DNA of 64,000 bases from positions 22,630,001-22,694,000 of the forward strand of contig JBHGNT010000003.1 in the NCBI GenBank assembly GCA_043228905.1, written 5' to 3'. Positions 63,594 to 64,000 of this stretch are shown piece after piece; the first letter of the stretch is position 1, and each line of letters starts with the position of its first letter. The notes under the pieces were generated by a model. It searched no databases, was not told where the DNA came from, and saw nothing but the letters and a program-made list of their open reading frames with translations. The position numbers were made by a program, and so were the translations under genes. Source of the stretch: Azolla caroliniana. Its lineage: Eukaryota; Plantae; Polypodiophyta.

Positions 63594-64000
63594 TGTCGTG
63601 AAGATTTTCGACAATGGTGTGAAAATTGCGAGGAATGTCCAAAATCGAGTGTGGTTCTTCACACAAGATATAAAACAATAAGAGTAAAAATACTATTTCA
63701 AATAAATTTAATATCTTTGTACAAAAAGATGGAGGTCTTGAAGAGCTTTTGAATGCATTTTACTACATAACAAACGGTCAACTAAGTGTGAAGTTATGTG
63801 GGTATAAAGTTGCGAAAAAAAAGAAAAGAAAAGAAAAGAAAAACAAACATGTGAGATGTCCCACATAGATAGGACAAACAAGGATCCTACAATATATAAA
63901 GCAAAGCCAAAAGCTATTATTTTGTATCTATGTGTGGAGCATAGAGAGTTTAAGGTGACTTGAACTAAGTTAATCAAATGAATAGGTGTGGCCTAGCTAC
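63594..64000. mobile_element. TGTCGTGAAG-terminated LTR-like insertion (runs off the window), related to 51572-52595
   Basis: Starts TGTCGTGAAGATTTT; about 63840-64000 is a diverged reverse complement of about 52235-52400. Confidence 0.75.

Overview
Eukaryotic land-plant genomic DNA with GT-AG introns; a non-seed plant such as a fern is only a guess from the retroelement content. The left half (about 1-33 kb) holds three host genes: a small plant-specific 'ICPKPRR...SPPxRASNP' protein (+, 10193-11228), the 11-exon XPD/UVH6 Fe-S helicase (-, 14277-21341) and a 2-exon histone H1 (-, 28146-29962) with a type III histone promoter element. Decayed DNA-transposon, LINE and solo-LTR relics lie between them. 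The right half (33-64 kb) is a multi-layer LTR-retrotransposon nest. Highlights: (1) an intact, very young Ty3/gypsy element (40468-47631, -) with an 18-nt tRNA-Trp primer site, a 4-bp TSD, DHG protease and FLDD RT motifs, and a G_GAU_UUU slippery site plus predicted pseudoknot joining Gag-PR to Pol; (2) five insertions with TGTCG termini all sit at CpG-centred 4-mers or their deamination products; (3) a ~18.9-kb inversion (about 34741-53633), shown by two TSD pairs and two reading frames that continue across both breakpoints in opposite orientation; (4) a solo LTR with a perfect 4-unit heat-shock element, and tRNA-like A/B-box modules in several LTR-type sequences. All alignments and coordinates were worked out by eye.
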